From the NCBI RefSeq assembly GCF_963921235.1, contig NC_086097.1, positions 245,522,001 to 245,586,000 on the forward strand: a stretch of 64,000 bases of DNA, read 5' to 3'. Position numbers and translations under genes: made by a program. This DNA is from Mobula hypostoma (Eukaryota). Under the pieces are notes generated by a model, which saw only the letters and a program-made list of their open reading frames with translations, made no database searches and had not been told where the DNA came from. Of the stretch, positions 38,291-53,084 are shown in pieces (the first letter of the stretch is position 1; every line of letters starts with the position of its first letter).

Positions 38291-40257
38291 TGACACTATG
38301 TATTATAGGTTGAGTGAGTTAGGGCCTTCCTCTTTGGAGTGAAAGAAGGTGAGAGGTGACTTGATAGAGGTGTACAAAATGATAAGAGGCATAGATTGAA
38401 TGGATAGTCAGAGACTTCGTCCCAGGGCGGAAATGGCTAATATGAAGGGGCATAATTTGAAGGTGATTTGAGGAAAGTATTGGGGGATTTCAGAGGTAGA
38501 TTTTTTAGACACGATGGTTGGATGTGTGGAACGTCCTGCCAGGGCTGGTGGTAGAGTCAGATACGTTAGGGGCATTTAAGAAACTCTTAGATAGACACGT
38601 GGAGGGCTGTGTAGGAGGGAAGGGTTAAATTGATCACAGAGTAGGTTAAAAGGTCAGCACAACATCGTAGGCCGAATGGCCTATAGTGTACTCCTTGTTC
38701 TATGTTCTCTAAGAATGTGTTAATGTAGCAGCAGAAGCCTAGAACATATGAGACTGAGGGGGATTTGATAGAAGTATACAAAATTATGAGGGTTATAGAT
38801 AGGGTAAATGCAAGCAGGTTTATTTCTCTGAGGTTGGTTGAGACCAGAACTATAGGGTCATGGGTTAAGGGTGAAAAGTGAAAGTTTAAGAGGAACATGA
38901 GGGGAAACTTCTTCACTCTGGGCAGTGAGAGTGTGGAACGAGCTGCCAATGGATTTCGTGAATGTGGGTTTGACTGTACCATTTAAAAGAAATTTGGATA
39001 GGTACATTGATGGAAGAGATAAGGATGACCATGGTCCACATGCCGATCAGTGTGCCTGGGCAAAATAACAGTTTGACACAAACTAGATGGGCCGAAGGGC
39101 CTGTTTCTGTGCTGTAGTCCTCTATGACAATACACCATCTCACTGACTACTAAGCTTGTCTACCAGGTGGCTGACTAGTAAAGTTTTGCTGATTTGATTT
39201 GTCACGAAAGATTAAGGATGTTCAGGCAATATTGTTTAAATATCTTGAGGCATTTTAGTTATCCACTGGGTGAATATATGTTGTCTTGCTAAAAGACCAT
39301 CGTGCCTTCCCCAATTCCACCGCCTCTTTCTTGACACATGAATCTGGTTTCACTGTTCATTAGATGTTAGCGAATGTCTAAGGAAGCACCTACAGTCATC
39401 ACCTTCTTCCCATTTGGTGTATTGTGAACCGTTTTGGGCCGTTTATCTATAAAAGATGTGGAAGCATTGGATAGGATCCAGAGGAAGTTCACAAGAATGA
39501 TCCCAGGAATGAAAGGGTGAATGTATGAGACGTGTTTGATGGCTCTGGACCTGATTCTTTGGAGTTTAGAAGAATGGAGGGGTGGATTTCATTGAAACCT
39601 ATTGAACATTGAAAGGTTTAGATAATGTGGGCGTGGAGAGGATGTTTCCTATAGTGGAGGAGTCTAGGACCAGAGGTCACAGCCTCAGAATAGAGGAACA
39701 TCCATTTAGCTCAGAGATGAGAAGGAATTTCTTTAGCCAGAGGCTGGTGAATCTGTGGAACTTGCTGCCAGTCAGCTGTGGAGTCCAAGTCATTGGGTAT
39801 ATTTAAAGCAGAAGTTGATAGGTTCTTGATTAGTAACGGTGTCAAAAGTTAGAGGGAGAAGCAGGAGAATGGGGTTGAAAGGGATAATAAATCAGTGAAG
39901 ATGGATTAGCAGAGCAGACTTGATGGGCTGAATGGCCTGATTCTGCTCCAATGTCTTCTGGTCTTAAACTGTTTGCTGTGTGGTTCAGAATGAACTTCTT
40001 AAGCAAATGAAGTTAAGTGAAGCCACTTCAATTCCCATTGAGAGAATATTGAATTTACACAATAGTCTGAATCTTTTTATATTTAATTAGTTTCCAGCAT
40101 TTCACTGCACTTTTAAAATATGAACAATGTTAGATTTTTCCAAATAGCCAGCACCAAGTAGATGAGGGGTTCTCAAACCCTTTGGTTAATGGTAGGGGTC
40201 CATGACATAAAAAACGCTGGGAACACATGTATTAGATGAAACTACTGATGACAGATT

Positions 40258-40470
40258 AACACACAGAACGTGCTGGAGGAACTCAACAGGTCAGACAGCA
40301 TCTATGGAGAGGATTAAAGAGTCGACTTTTCAGGCCGAAGCCCTTCTTCAGTCCAGATGAAGAGGTTCAGCCCAAATGTCAACTATTTATTCCTTTCCAT
40401 TGATGCTGCCTGACCTGCTGAGTTCCTCCAGCATTTTGTGTGTTTTGCTCTGGATTTCCAACACCTGGAG
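40258..40470. mobile_element. Fold-back Penelope-like terminal remnant
   Basis: acacacagaacgtgctggaggaactcaacagg ... cctgctgagttcctccagcattttgtgtgt in inverted orientation. Confidence 0.65.
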
Positions 40471-42072
40471 AAACTCTTGCGCTTATGACAGAATCCGTCT
40501 TTTCAGTAAGAACATGATGTGCACAAAGCAAAAATTTGAATATAAGTATGATGTTTAGCCCGTGCAAGGCCGAACAACATTAAGATTTGCTGAGAGAAGG
40601 ATCCTTGTAAATTCAAGATGGACTATACTTTATCCGCAAGCTCGGGGTGACTGCAGCTCCAAGCTAGAAAGAAATCTTTGATTGAGGATTCTTTGGTCTA
40701 AAGCTCTATAAGAGTTAAAATGGGTTGGTGTGAAATTTGCTGAGATTTGAATACTTCAGAAATGGAATGTCGATTGCTTGTGATTACCACGCCATTAGTT
40801 TAATTGTGAAAATGGCAGAGTCTTTTATGTTTATCACAGTGAGGAAGTGTTTCAACTGGTAATGAGAAACGTAATGTGCAACACATGCAAATGCTGGAGG
40901 AACTCAGCAGATTAAGCAGCATTTATGGAGAGAAATAACCAGCTGATGTTTCGAGCCAAGACCCTTCACCAGGACTTGAAAGGAAGGGCGTAGAAGCCAG
41001 AATAAGAAGTGGGAATGGGAGGTAGATTTGAAATTGGTGGCCATTGGGAAAATCCACCTATTCTGGCAGATGAAGCACATGTACTGTACAGAACAGTTCT
41101 CTAATCTATGTTGGGTCTCACCGAGAGGACCAGATTCAGTATATGATCTTGACAGACTCGCAGGTGAAGTGTCACCTCACCTGGAAGGTGGAGGTCCTGA
41201 CTGGTGGTGAGGGAGGAGGTGTAGGGGCAGGTGTACTACTTGTCCTACGTGCAAGAGGGAAATCAATGAGGAGGTTAGAGTGGACAAGAGAGTCATATAA
41301 CAAGCAATAGAGATGGAGGAGGTTACGTGCAAGTTACACTGACATAGATATAGTACAGGGACAGTATTCACTAGAGATATAGAGTCATAGAAAGCTACAG
41401 CACAGAAACAGGCCCTTCAGTCCACCTAGTCCATGCTGAATCATTTAAACTGCCTTGAATCCCTTTGTATTTTAGTTACTTACGTTTACGTGGGGGTGAG
41501 GGAAAAATGGAAGCAAGGGACACAATCAGAGTTCCATTCCTCTTTGTTTTTTCTCTCTTGTCTAATCTTCTGTTGTGCAAGGTTTATTGTTGTTTGGATC
41601 TGTAAGATCATATAAAAAGTATTAATTGTAGCTGAGGGAAAAGGGTATCTAAGTTTGGCTACTTTTTCTGGAAAGGGGCAACCGAATCTTTAAAGTATAA
41701 ATCGAAAACTTCCTTCTGCATGTGTGCCTTGCTAATAGGTTTAGTTTGCGAATGCTATTCTGTGGTCACTTCAAAAGTATCAATGAAAGAATATCACGCA
41801 CCAACTGCTGGAGGAGCTCTGCAGTTCAGGCAGCACCTACTCATGGATCAATTGCTCCAACTTCTAATAATTTTCCCTTTTGGTATTCCCCTTTCTGGCT
41901 CCCCTCTTACCCCTTCACTTCTCCTCTCCTGCCCATCACCTCTCTCCTTCCTTTCCTCCCATGGTCCTCCCATGAAAGAGAGAGATGGAGAGAGGGAGAG
42001 TGAGAGAGAGTGGAAAAAGAGAAAGAGAGGGAGAGACAGAGAGAGAGGGAAATAATGGGGTGGAGAGAGAGA

Positions 42073-42108
<36 letters not shown>

Positions 42109-42657
42109 AAACATCAGCACATTGGCAAAGGGTGCGCAAGTTTAGGACGTCAAGTGAGATTCACCTAACCTTCTCGAATATGAGTCAGGTAGGAGGTGAG
42201 ACCCTAGGTCCCTCCAGCCATGAAAATCCTCAGGCACTGGAGAAATTCATGATCTCAGGAGATGTGTCACAGTGATCTGCCTGCCATTGTTTAAACCTGC
42301 ATGTCGAAGTCCTCACAGCAAATGTGTCTGTGTGGCTCTGGGTTCTTCAGGTAAGCTGCTACTCAACTGGAATGTGGCCATGACCAGAAAGTTGAGAGTC
42401 ACTTTAGTATCCACATCATCAGAGAGAGAGAGGGGTTTAGTAATGAGAGCATGTTCGATGTCTGACCTGTAGTGACAGTGGCTTGGAAAATCTGAGTGTG
42501 CAAGTAGGTTGTTCATCAGAGACACTTGGATTTAGATTCATTTATTTATCTCACATTCAAATTTCAAAGATATTATCAATGCATACCATAAATAACCTTG
42601 AAATCCATTTTCTTGCAGCTACTCACACAAAGCAAAGAAAGGTAAGAGCATTCACGA

Positions 42658-42660
<3 letters not shown>

Positions 42661-42704
<44 letters not shown>
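42661..42704. repeat. (AC)n microsatellite
   Basis: Direct reading of the sequence. Confidence 0.95.
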
Positions 42705-42706
<2 letters not shown>

Positions 42707-43378
42707 CAAAGACCACCACATATCCAATTTGTAAAAGAGGACAAATCGTGCAAATATTGAAAGAAGTAAACAAAAACACAAGGAACATGAACTGCAGAGC
42801 CCCTGAAAGTGTATCCAGAGCCGCAGAGCCCGTTCAGTGCTGAGGCGAGTGAAGCCTGTTCAGGAGCCCGTTCTCCTGCCGGGCAACAACTGATCCTGAA
42901 CCTGACGGCACGGGGCCCAAAACTCCCGAACCTGCTGCCCGATGGTAGGAGAGAGAAGAGAGGGAGACCGGTCAAACGCAGGAAGACGGTGCTGAACACC
43001 TGTGTATTTTCCATTCTCACCCTCAGTGATTTTAATCTTGCTCTCTCACGCTTTAAGCAGCGTGAATTAATGGAGCCGACCGCAGGCTGGTCTTCCACTA
43101 CCAGGCCTCAATGCCAGCGTCTGCCCCCGGCGATGGCCATCCCGTTATACCTGCGCTCTCGAGAGTCTAGTTTTCCGAATCTCCCAGGAAATTGCAAAAG
43201 TGCCGGATCATTGCGTCAGTTCAAAAGTACACCCTTAAAAGGGAAATTACAGGCTGCAGCCATCGTAGTTCAGAATCAGAATCAGGTTTATTGGCACTGG
43301 CATATGTCATGAAATTTGTTGTTTTGTGGCAGCAGTACATTGCAATACTTAATAATATAAACCGTAAATTACAGTATA

Positions 43379-43895
43379 GAGTTATAGAATAGTACAGCAC
43401 ATTACAGGCCCTACGGCCCACAGTGTTGTGCCGACCCTCAAACCCTGCCTCCCATATAACCCCCCACCTTAAATTCCTCCATATACCTGTCTAGTAGTCT
43501 CTTAAACTTCACTAGTGTATCTGCCTCCACCACTGACTCAGGCAATGCATTCCACGCACCAACCACTCTCTGAGTAAAAAACCTTCCTCTAATATCCCCC
43601 TTGAACTTCCCACCCCTTACCTTAAAGCCATGTCCTCTTGTATTGATCAGTGGTGCCCTGGGGAAGAGGCGCTGGCTATCCACTCTATCTATTCCTCTTT
43701 TTATCTTGTACACCTCTGTCATGTCTCCTCTCATCCTCCTTCTCTCCAAAGAGTAAAGCCCTATCTCCCTTAATCTCTGATCATAATGCATACTTTCTAA
43801 GCCAGGCAGCATCCTGGTAAATCTCCTTTGTACCCTTTCCAATGCTTCCGCATCCTTCCTATCGTGAGGCGACCAGAACTGGACACAGTACTCCG
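43379..43895 (-). mobile_element. Young 5'-truncated CR1 insertion with uninterrupted ORF2 C-terminus
   Basis: EYCVQFWSP...FFTQRVVGAWNALP...GGRV* reads without stops. TSD CAGTATA at 43372-43378 and 43896-43902. Confidence 0.88.
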
Positions 43896-46800
43896 CAGTA
43901 TATATATATTTTAAAAGTTCAATTAATAAGTGGTACAAAAAGGGAAATAAAAAGTAGTGAGGTAGTGTCCATGGGTTCAATGTCAATTCAGAAATCGGAT
44001 GACAGAGGGGAAGAAGCTGTTCCTGAATCATTGAGTGTGTGTCTTCAGGCTCCTGTACCTCCTCTCTGATGGTGGCAATGAGCAAAGGGCATGTCCTGCG
44101 TGATGGGGCCCCTTAATGATGGATGCCGCCTTTCTGAGACATTGCTCATTGAAGCTGTCCTGGATGCTGAGGAGGCTGGTGCCCGTGATGGAGCTGGCTG
44201 AGTTCACAACTTTCTGCAGCTTATTTTGATCCTGTGCTGTGGCTTCCCCCTCCCTCTACCAGACGATGATGCAGCCAGTTAGAATGCTCTCTGCGGTACA
44301 TCTGTAAAAGTTTGGTGACATACTGTAACGGGCTGGGTTGATCGGACCCAAACGACCCAAACCAACTCAAGTATCCAGAAGATGCGGTAATAAGCATACA
44401 GACACGACAAAGTTTAATTTATGATCATAAAATAGAAAGCACAAATAGAGCACAGTAAATGCTACATGATAGTAATTTACAAAGGTTTCAGGGCTCCCAT
44501 TCTCAGTCACCACTTGATTGTTGCCCTTGTTGAGGACAACACAGTCGAGTTTCCAGGTCTGGGTTTTGTAAGTTAAATCACTAGATTTCACACACCAAGC
44601 ATGTTTCTAATTAACACGCGGAGGCTGACGGAAGGGAGTGACCTGGTGGTTTCTACATTAGCCAGAGGGTTTATTATCTGAAGGTGAGAGGTCATTGGAC
44701 AGATGATGGATAAGGCAAGACAGCCCGATTAGTGAGGGTCTTAGCATCCAAAGTGCCAGGGATGAAAGCAGGTTTGATTGGCCCATTAGCTTGGCAGCAA
44801 AGTGGAATGCACACTTGATAACGCATGATCAAAGGATTCCTGGTGCTAACATTAGTGCTCAGAGCCTCTTCCTGGCCCATTGTACGTAATACCTTAATGG
44901 GTCTTATCATTTAAATTCTATCAATTGAGAAATTCTAAATGTGTTTTTTTTTGTAAGTCAATACATTGAACAACATGCAAAAGAAAAGATTAAAGATTAG
45001 CTTTAATATCTTGTCTTTACCTGTTCTACAATGTATTGATTAGCAACAAAACTATTTACAGTTTCTCAGTTGATGGAATTTAAATAATTTGTCACGTGTA
45101 CATTGAAACATACAGTGAAATATGGCGATTGTGTCTAAACAAATCAGCGAGGATTGCGAAGGGCAGTCTGCAAGTGTTGCCACCCTTCTGGTGACAACAT
45201 AGCATGGGCCACAACTCACGAACTCTAACTGTACGTGTTTAGAATGTGGGAGGGAATGGAGCATCCGGAGAGAACCCACACACAGTCACGGGGGAAAACG
45301 TACAAACTCCTTACAGGTAGCAGAGGGAATCCACCCTCAATCTTACAAGCGATCGTGCTAACCGCTACACTACCATGCCACCCGATGTAAAGACATAGGT
45401 TAAAAAAAATGTTTAAATCTTCTCTTCAGTGCGAGTTTGATGAAACCCTCCCTCACTGCTGCCCTCTGACTCTTCAATCTTTCCCACCCACCTGGCTTCA
45501 CCTATCACCTTCTAGCTAGCCTCTTTCCCTTCCCTGCCCACCTTTTCATTCCGGCATTTTCCCCCTTCCCTTCCAGTCCTGCAGAAGGATCTTGTCCCGA
45601 ACTGCCGACTGTTTATTAATTTCCACAGATGCTGCCTGACCTGCAGAGTTCCTCCAGCGTTTTGTATGTGTTGACGTAGGGATACACAGGTAGAGAATTT
45701 TTGCTGTTAACATTTCCGCCAGCCAGGAATCAATTTTAGGACTCAGTTTTGCTGACAGAGAGCTTAAATTAAATAAACACAGGAGATTCTGCAGGTGCTG
45801 GAAACCCAGAGCAACACACTCAAAATGCTGGAGGTCAGCAGGTCAGGCAGCATCTATGGAAATGAATAAACACTTGGTCTCGGTCCAAAACCTCAACTGT
45901 TTATTTCTCTCCACTGATGGTGCTTATGTTCAATTAGAAACACGATTTCTCATCTCTGAATTCATCTATTTAGTAGTTTATTTTCCCAAATGTAAGCCAT
46001 TTATTGTTCGTCTGAAGTTACGAACTTCTATCCAACTGCACTAGAAGCTGTCCAAAGGACCGTCTCTATAATTCAGTGAATGATGACTGGGTCTCCAATC
46101 TTAGGAGAAGGAAAAACTCTGATCTCAAACCTCCGCTGCCTTGCGGCTAAACTCACTCATGGGGATGGCTTCAGGACTAAACCCCAAGGGCAAATTTGGA
46201 GCTGGAATCCCTAAGGCAGTCCTACATTGAGATCAACGCTGACTGGCAACTCCTACAATGCTGCTGGTGCCAAACTGTATCAATCTCTGCTGTTCCTCTG
46301 GCAGAGACCATTCCAAAATTGATGACAGCAATAATGTCCTTCTACCTTTATATACTTAACTTTCTTTTATATAAGGGCGACCCTCCATCAGCTGTGTGGA
46401 GAGGGGGGGCCTGCTGCATGGGCAACAGCTTGCTTTCAGTTTCATACTGCCCTGGTTTGCATACACAGCTAGGATGCAGCATCCATGGTCGACCCTGATC
46501 AACGGAGGGTCTAAAATCTTAATCCTAAACTGCAAAATCATTTTTGGTAGAAAATAAGATTAGGTACAGACAAAGCTTGTGATTCTCCAGGGTGAGTTGG
46601 GAACAGTTGTTGGTCACTGGGACTCACCCTGCCCTGCTAAAGAATGTACAGTGATCTGGACTGAAACCCGGGATCAATATGAAAGATCGAACACGAAGGT
46701 CGATCGGGAAACCTGGAAGTCGAAGCCCGGTGCCCGAAGCTGGGAGGATCAGAGGCCTGGGATTGGAGGACAGTCCGTCTGTGTGAGTGAGTGGAGAGGT

Positions 46801-47396
46801 GCTTCTCTTGAGGTTGGAGGAGTCTGTGTAGGTGGGTGGGTGGGAGGGAGGAAAGGGGATTGTCGTGAGTTTGTCGTTTTGTTGTTGTGTTATTGTGTTG
46901 CGCTGCCCAGCATGTTACATTGGCACCAGAATGTGTGGCAACACTTTGGGCTGCCCCAGCACATCCTTGGGTGTGTTGGTTGTGAATCTTTACTGAACTC
47001 ACATACACAACGCACATAAAATGCTAGAGGAACTCAGCAGGTCAGGCAGCATTTATGGAGGGGAAAAACAGCCAATGTTTCAGGCCGAGACCCTGGGGGT
47101 AATGGACTCACACCCATCATTGGAAAGTGCTTTGAGAGACTGGTTCTATCACATCTGTGATAGAGGGTGGTGGATAGGTGGAATGCTCTGCCCCAGAAGG
47201 CAGTGGAGGCCAAGTCTCTGGATGCTTTCAAGAAAGAGATGGATAGAGCTCTTAAATATAGCGGAATCAAAGATTATGGAGATAAGGCAGGAACTGGATA
47301 CTGATAGTGGATGATCAGCCATGATCACAGTGAATGGCGGTGCTGGCTCGAAGGGCCGAATGGCCTACTCCTGCACCTATCGTCTATTGTCTATCT

Positions 47397-48662
47397 GAAA
47401 TCCTGTCTGCCCACTACCCTGGACCCCATCAATTTGCCTATCGCTCCAACAGGTCAACAGAGGACGCCATCTCCACGGCACTTCACTCTGCCCTGACCCA
47501 CCTGGACAGCCCCAACTCTTATGGCAGAATGCTGTTCATTGATTTTAATTCAGCACTCAATACTGTGATCCCCACCAAGCTGATCACCAAACTTTGCCAG
47601 CTTGGTATCAGCTCATTCCTCTGCAATTGGACCTTGGACTTTCTGACTAACAGACCCCAATCAGTTAAGTTAGAGAACCTCTCCTCCTGCACTCTCCTCC
47701 TGCACTCTCCTCCTGCACTCTCACCCTGAACACCAGCATGCCTCAAGGCTGTGTGCTGAGCCCTCTTCTGTACTCCCTTTTCACCTATGACTGTGTTCCT
47801 GTACATGGTTCTAACTCCATAATTAAGTTCACAGATGACACCATGGTGGTTGGCCTGATGAGAGAGATGACAAGACAGCCTATAGGGACGAGGTCCAGCA
47901 CCTGGCCACGTGGTGTGCCGACAACAACTTGGCCCTTAACACCCAGAAGACCAAGGAGATCATTGTGGACTTCAGGCATGCTAGGAGCCACGCTCACCTC
48001 CCCATCTACATCAACGGAGCTGTAGTGGAGTGTGTATCAAGCTTCAAATCCCTTGGTGTCCACATTTCCGAGGATCTCACCTGGTCCCTGAACTCCTCCA
48101 TCCTGATCAAAAAGGCACATCAGCGCCTTTATTTCCTGTGGAGCATCAAGAAAGCTCACCTCTGTCCCAGGATACTGACGGACTTTTACCGCTGTACCAT
48201 TGAGAGCATACACACCAACTGCATCTCAGTGTGGTATGGCAATTGTCCCGTACCGGACCGCAAAGCACTCCAGTGTGTGGTGAAAACTGCCCAGCGAATT
48301 ATCGGCGCCTGATTGCCCACCATTGAGAACATCTACCATAAACGCTGCCTGGGCAGGGCGAAAAGCATTATCAAGGATGCATCTCACCCTAATGGACTTT
48401 TTACTCTCCTCCCATCCGATAGGCGCTACAGGGGCCTCCGCTCCCGCACCAGCAGGCATAGGAAGAGCAGGCTGTGACCCTGCTGAACCTCTCATCACAG
48501 CGCTAAGCAGTATTGCACCCATATTGTATTGTCTCAGTACTTTTATATTTGTGTGCTGTAGCACTTACTTTTTATTCGCAGTTATTTTGTAAATAACACT
48601 ATTCTTTGCATTTCTGGTCAGATGTTAACTGCGTATCTGTACTCAGCACAATGACAATAAAG
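47397..48662 (+). mobile_element. Rex1/Babar-type LINE, 5'-truncated RT region, frameshifted
   Basis: [71 protein letters not shown]. 3' end near caatgacaataaag. Confidence 0.9.
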
Positions 48663-51600
48663 CTCCTCTGGTGTGACTCCATAACTTTGTGTTCAGTAGG
48701 AAGGATGTGAAGCTCTAGAGAGGGTGCAGAGGATGCTGCCTGGATTAGAGGGCGTATCCTTCGAGGACAGGTTGAATGAGCTGCGGCTTTTCTCACTGGA
48801 GTGAAGGAGGATGAGTGGTGACTTGATAGACATGTGCAAGATGATAAGAGGCATAGACAGAGTGGACAGCCAGAGACTTAGTCCCTGGGTGGAAACGGCT
48901 AATGTGAGGGGGCATAATTTTAAGGTGATTGGAGGAAAGTATAGGGGGAGATGTCAGGGGTAGGTTTTTTTACACAGAGACTGGTGGGTGTGTGGAATGC
49001 CCTGCCAGGGTGGTGGTAGAGGCAGATACAGTAGGGGCATTTAAGAAACTCTTAGATAAGCATGTGGATGATTTTAAAAAATGGATGGCTATGCGGGAGG
49101 GAAGGGTTAGATTGATCTTAGAGAAAATTAAAGGTCAGTACAATGAAGGGTCTGTACTGTGCTGGAATGTTCTCTGTTCCAACTATATTTATGATCCTTG
49201 ACTTTACATTGTATCCCTTAAATCTGACATGGGTGTGGATGATACAGCGGCATGGCGGTTAGCGTGATGTTACTCCAGCTCAGGGCAGAGGTCGGAGTTT
49301 AATTCTGGTGTCTCTGTACGTCCTCCCCATGGAATTCGTGGGTTTTCTCTGGGTGCTCTGGTTTCCTCCCACAGTCCAAAGGCGTACGGGGTTGCTTAAG
49401 TGGTCATCGTAAATTGTCCCGTGCTTAGGTTAGAGTTACTCGGGGGGGTTGTTGGGGGTGACGTGGCTTGAAGGGCTGGAAGGGTCGGCTCTGCACTGTA
49501 TTTCCAAATAAATAAATAAACTACGGCACTGTTTGCAAAGGATGCCCTCATTTCTCTATTGGGATGGCTGCTCTTTCCTCTTATGTAAGATGCTAACACC
49601 TGCAGGTATAACCACCTGGCTGTCAGTTCCCTGATGTAGCTCCATTTAGAAATCTGTTGTTGCAGAATTCTTTTGAACAACTTTGTTGCTTGCGGTAGCA
49701 AAGATAATTATAATGGCAAAGACATTTTTAGATGTCTGTATTCTGCGATCTCTTGGGAGTGGTTGCAAACTGAAGACCTGCAACTTTCATACACTGATCT
49801 TTTCCTGCTCCGAAGCAAGGCCGGAGATGGACGAATAACACCACGTGGTAAGCTAGTGTCTCTGTCTTTCTGTGGAGGTCTAATTTGTTGTTTTGTGGCC
49901 ACTGTACAGCAGAATGCATAAAATGATTACCGTAAGAATTAAAACCCAAATAAACAAGTAGTGCAAAATGAGAGCAAAGTAGTGAGATACTGTCAATAGG
50001 TTCATGGACCATTCGGAAATCTGATGGTGGAGCTAGAAGCTGTTCCTAAAATGTTAGGTGTGGGTCTTCAAACTCCTGTACCTCCTCCCTGATGGCAGAC
50101 CATATGATAGAGGAACAGAATTAGGCCATTTGGCCCATCGGGGTAGCAGTGAGAAACGGGCAAGTCCTGAGTTAGATGAAACCAGGTGAGGGGGTAGATG
50201 TGGTGGGTGGGGGAGGAAGATGATGTGAGAAGCTGGGAGGTGATAGGTGGAAAAAGTAAAGGGCTGAGCAAGAAGGAATCTGATAGGAGAGGACAGTGCA
50301 CCATCAGGAGAAAGGGATCTCTGATCTCCTATCATCTACCAGCTTGTACTCTTTCCCTTTCCCCAAACTGATTCTGCCTTCTTCTCCCTTCCTTTCCATT
50401 CCTGATGAAGGGTCTTGGACTGAAACATTATCTCTTTGTTGTCCTGCACCGACGCTGCCTGGCCTGCTCAGTTCCTCCACCGTGTTACTGCGGATTTCCA
50501 ACGTCTGCAGAATCTTTTGTGTTTACAATTTTTCTGGAGAGCCCTGCATTGCAGGCAAGTCCTTGAAACCAACGCAAATTGCTTCTCCTTGTGAACAAAG
50601 TTCTCGTGTGAGCTCCCTAAAGCTGTGTGAACTACAAGCGGAGAAGCAGCAGAAATTGATCGACGTAGTACATTTGGTGTGACCGTGAGCACCTCCTCAG
50701 AGTGAGAGCCATGCAGCCCTGCCTGTGTGGCTGGAGTTACCCTCCTGAGTGGTCCATCACATAACAAAGCCCTTGGAAAACCTGAGCCTCCTCGCAAGTT
50801 CCAGATAGAGGCATAGAACACTACAGCACAGAAGTAGGCCCTTCGGTCCATCTCATCTGTGCTGAACCATTAATCTGCCTAGTCTCATTGACCTGCACCC
50901 GGACCATAGACCTCTGTACCTCTACCATCCATGTACCTATCCAAAGTTCCCTTAAACATTGAAATTGACGCCGTGTCATTGTAGATAATTGTTTCTATGA
51001 AAACTGAGGGTACGATCTTTGCACATAAGCCCAACTGTGTCTCCTTACGCCTGTGGAGCTCCCAGCTGGCCTTAGTCATTCAGAAAGCTAGGCGGCAGGA
51101 TGGAGATATGTCTCTACCAAATGAGGTGTAAGGCGCTCCTTCCATCCGCTAGCCTGCAGGTCACCCTTGGGCAAGGCGTAGCACCTGCTTAATGCCCCTA
51201 TCCCCCAATCAGGGTCACATGAAGCCACGGGAGCAGGTGGTGGATGGTCGTACGAGCAGCTGGTGCATATCACAAGTCCCGGTTATGCGACCACTGACGC
51301 CAGGCAGACCATCTCTGAAGAGTGTTGATAATGGCTGGGGTCACCCGTCTCGTAAAGACACTGCCCAGACAACGGCAAACCACTTCTGTAGGAAAATTTG
51401 CCAAGAGCAATCATGGTGATGGAGACCATAATCGACCATGTCCTACAACCCCACAGCACATAACGACCAAGCTCAGAAAGCCCCGTTAGCAGTATTATCA
51501 CAGAGTAACACACACAAAATGCTGGAGGAACGCAGCAGGTCAGGCAACATCTATGGAAATGAATAAACAGTCAGCATTTTGGGCTGAGGTCCTTCTTTTT

Positions 51601-53084
51601 TGACTCACCTTGGCAGCTGCCGTTTGCTGACAGTGATGTGGGAGCTTTAGAACATACTGTAGAAACCTAGAACAGTACGGCACGGTACAGACCCTTTGGC
51701 CCACCATGCTGTGCTGACCTTTTAACCAATCTAACCCTTCCCTCCTACATAGTCACAAACAAGAGAAAATCTGCAGATTTTTTGTCCTGCTGAAGGGTTT
51801 CGGCCCGAAATGTTGACTGTACTCTTTTGCATAGATGCTGCCTGGCCTGCTGAGTTCCTCTAGCATTTTGTGTGTGTTTCTCTTACATAGCTGTCCATTT
51901 TTCTATTATTCATGTGCCTATCTAAGAGATTCTTAAAAGCCCCTTATGTATCTGCCTCTACCACCACCCCGGATGGGTGTACTGCACACAGACCATTCTT
52001 TGTGTAAAGAACTTAACCCTGATATCCCGCTATACTTTCCTCCAATCGCCTGGTATTAGCCGATTCTGCCATGGGAAAAAAAAGTATCTGACTATCTGTG
52101 CGTCTTATCATTTTCTACACCTCTATCAAGTCACCTCTCGTCCTCCTTCACTGAGAGATGGTGCAGAGGAAACTTACCAGGACGTTGCCTGGATTAGAGG
52201 GCATGTAGAGGCAAAACCAAACCAGGACAAAACTGCCACTGCCGGCGACTCTGCAGATTTGCTATACCCCTCCAATAATGATTGCTGCAGAAGCTGAGGA
52301 TATGTATTCGGTCCTTTATTAGTGATTAGCAAACATACAATCTTGAAGTAATGAAACTTAAGTTTACCCAAGAGTAAGTTGAGTATTACTGAGCGATCAG
52401 CAAAGGATACGACATTCACTGGCCCCAAGCTACTACAAACTGCCACGAACAGAGCATGAAGACTTGACTTATTCCCTTGGCTTTCACCACACCTCCACTC
52501 ATGTGACTAGTCCTCATAATAAACACGTAGCTCAGAATACAAAGCAGATAGACAGCAGATGCAGAGCTCCTACAGGGAGTGTCTGATGAGGAAAGGCTGT
52601 GTGACTGGGGCTTTTCTCTTTGGAGCGATGGAGAGTGAGAGGCGACTTGATAGGGGTGTGTAAGATTAGGAGCAACATAGATAGAGTGGACAGTGTTTCC
52701 CAGGGTGGCTGTGGCCAATACCAGAACACAGCATTTCAAAGCTCAAGGTAGATTAATCGTCCAAGTTCTGTACATATATGTCACCATATACTACTCTGAG
52801 ATCCCTTTCCTTGCAGGCATTTACAGGAAAATAAAGAAATACAATAGAATTTACGAAAACTATACATGAGCAGATAAAGACTGACTTATACAATCAATAT
52901 GCAAGGGGGAAGGGTTAGAGTGATTGTGGAGGGGGGGGTCATATGTTGGCGTAATACAGAATGAGAGGCCTATGAGCCCCTTATGGGCCAACGGCCATCT
53001 TCTGTGGAAGAGATAAAAGCCTCACCACGTATCTACGAATCGTATGCTCTGCACCTAGTTAGAAGAGACATGATGAACTTGGGC

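Noticed and set aside
44324..44960. Possible solo LTR (TGTAACG...GTCA with ATAC on both sides)
   Set aside because: The terminal inverted repeat is poor, the 4-bp match could be chance, and the interrupted Rex1 sequence does not resume after it. The boundary is unsupported.
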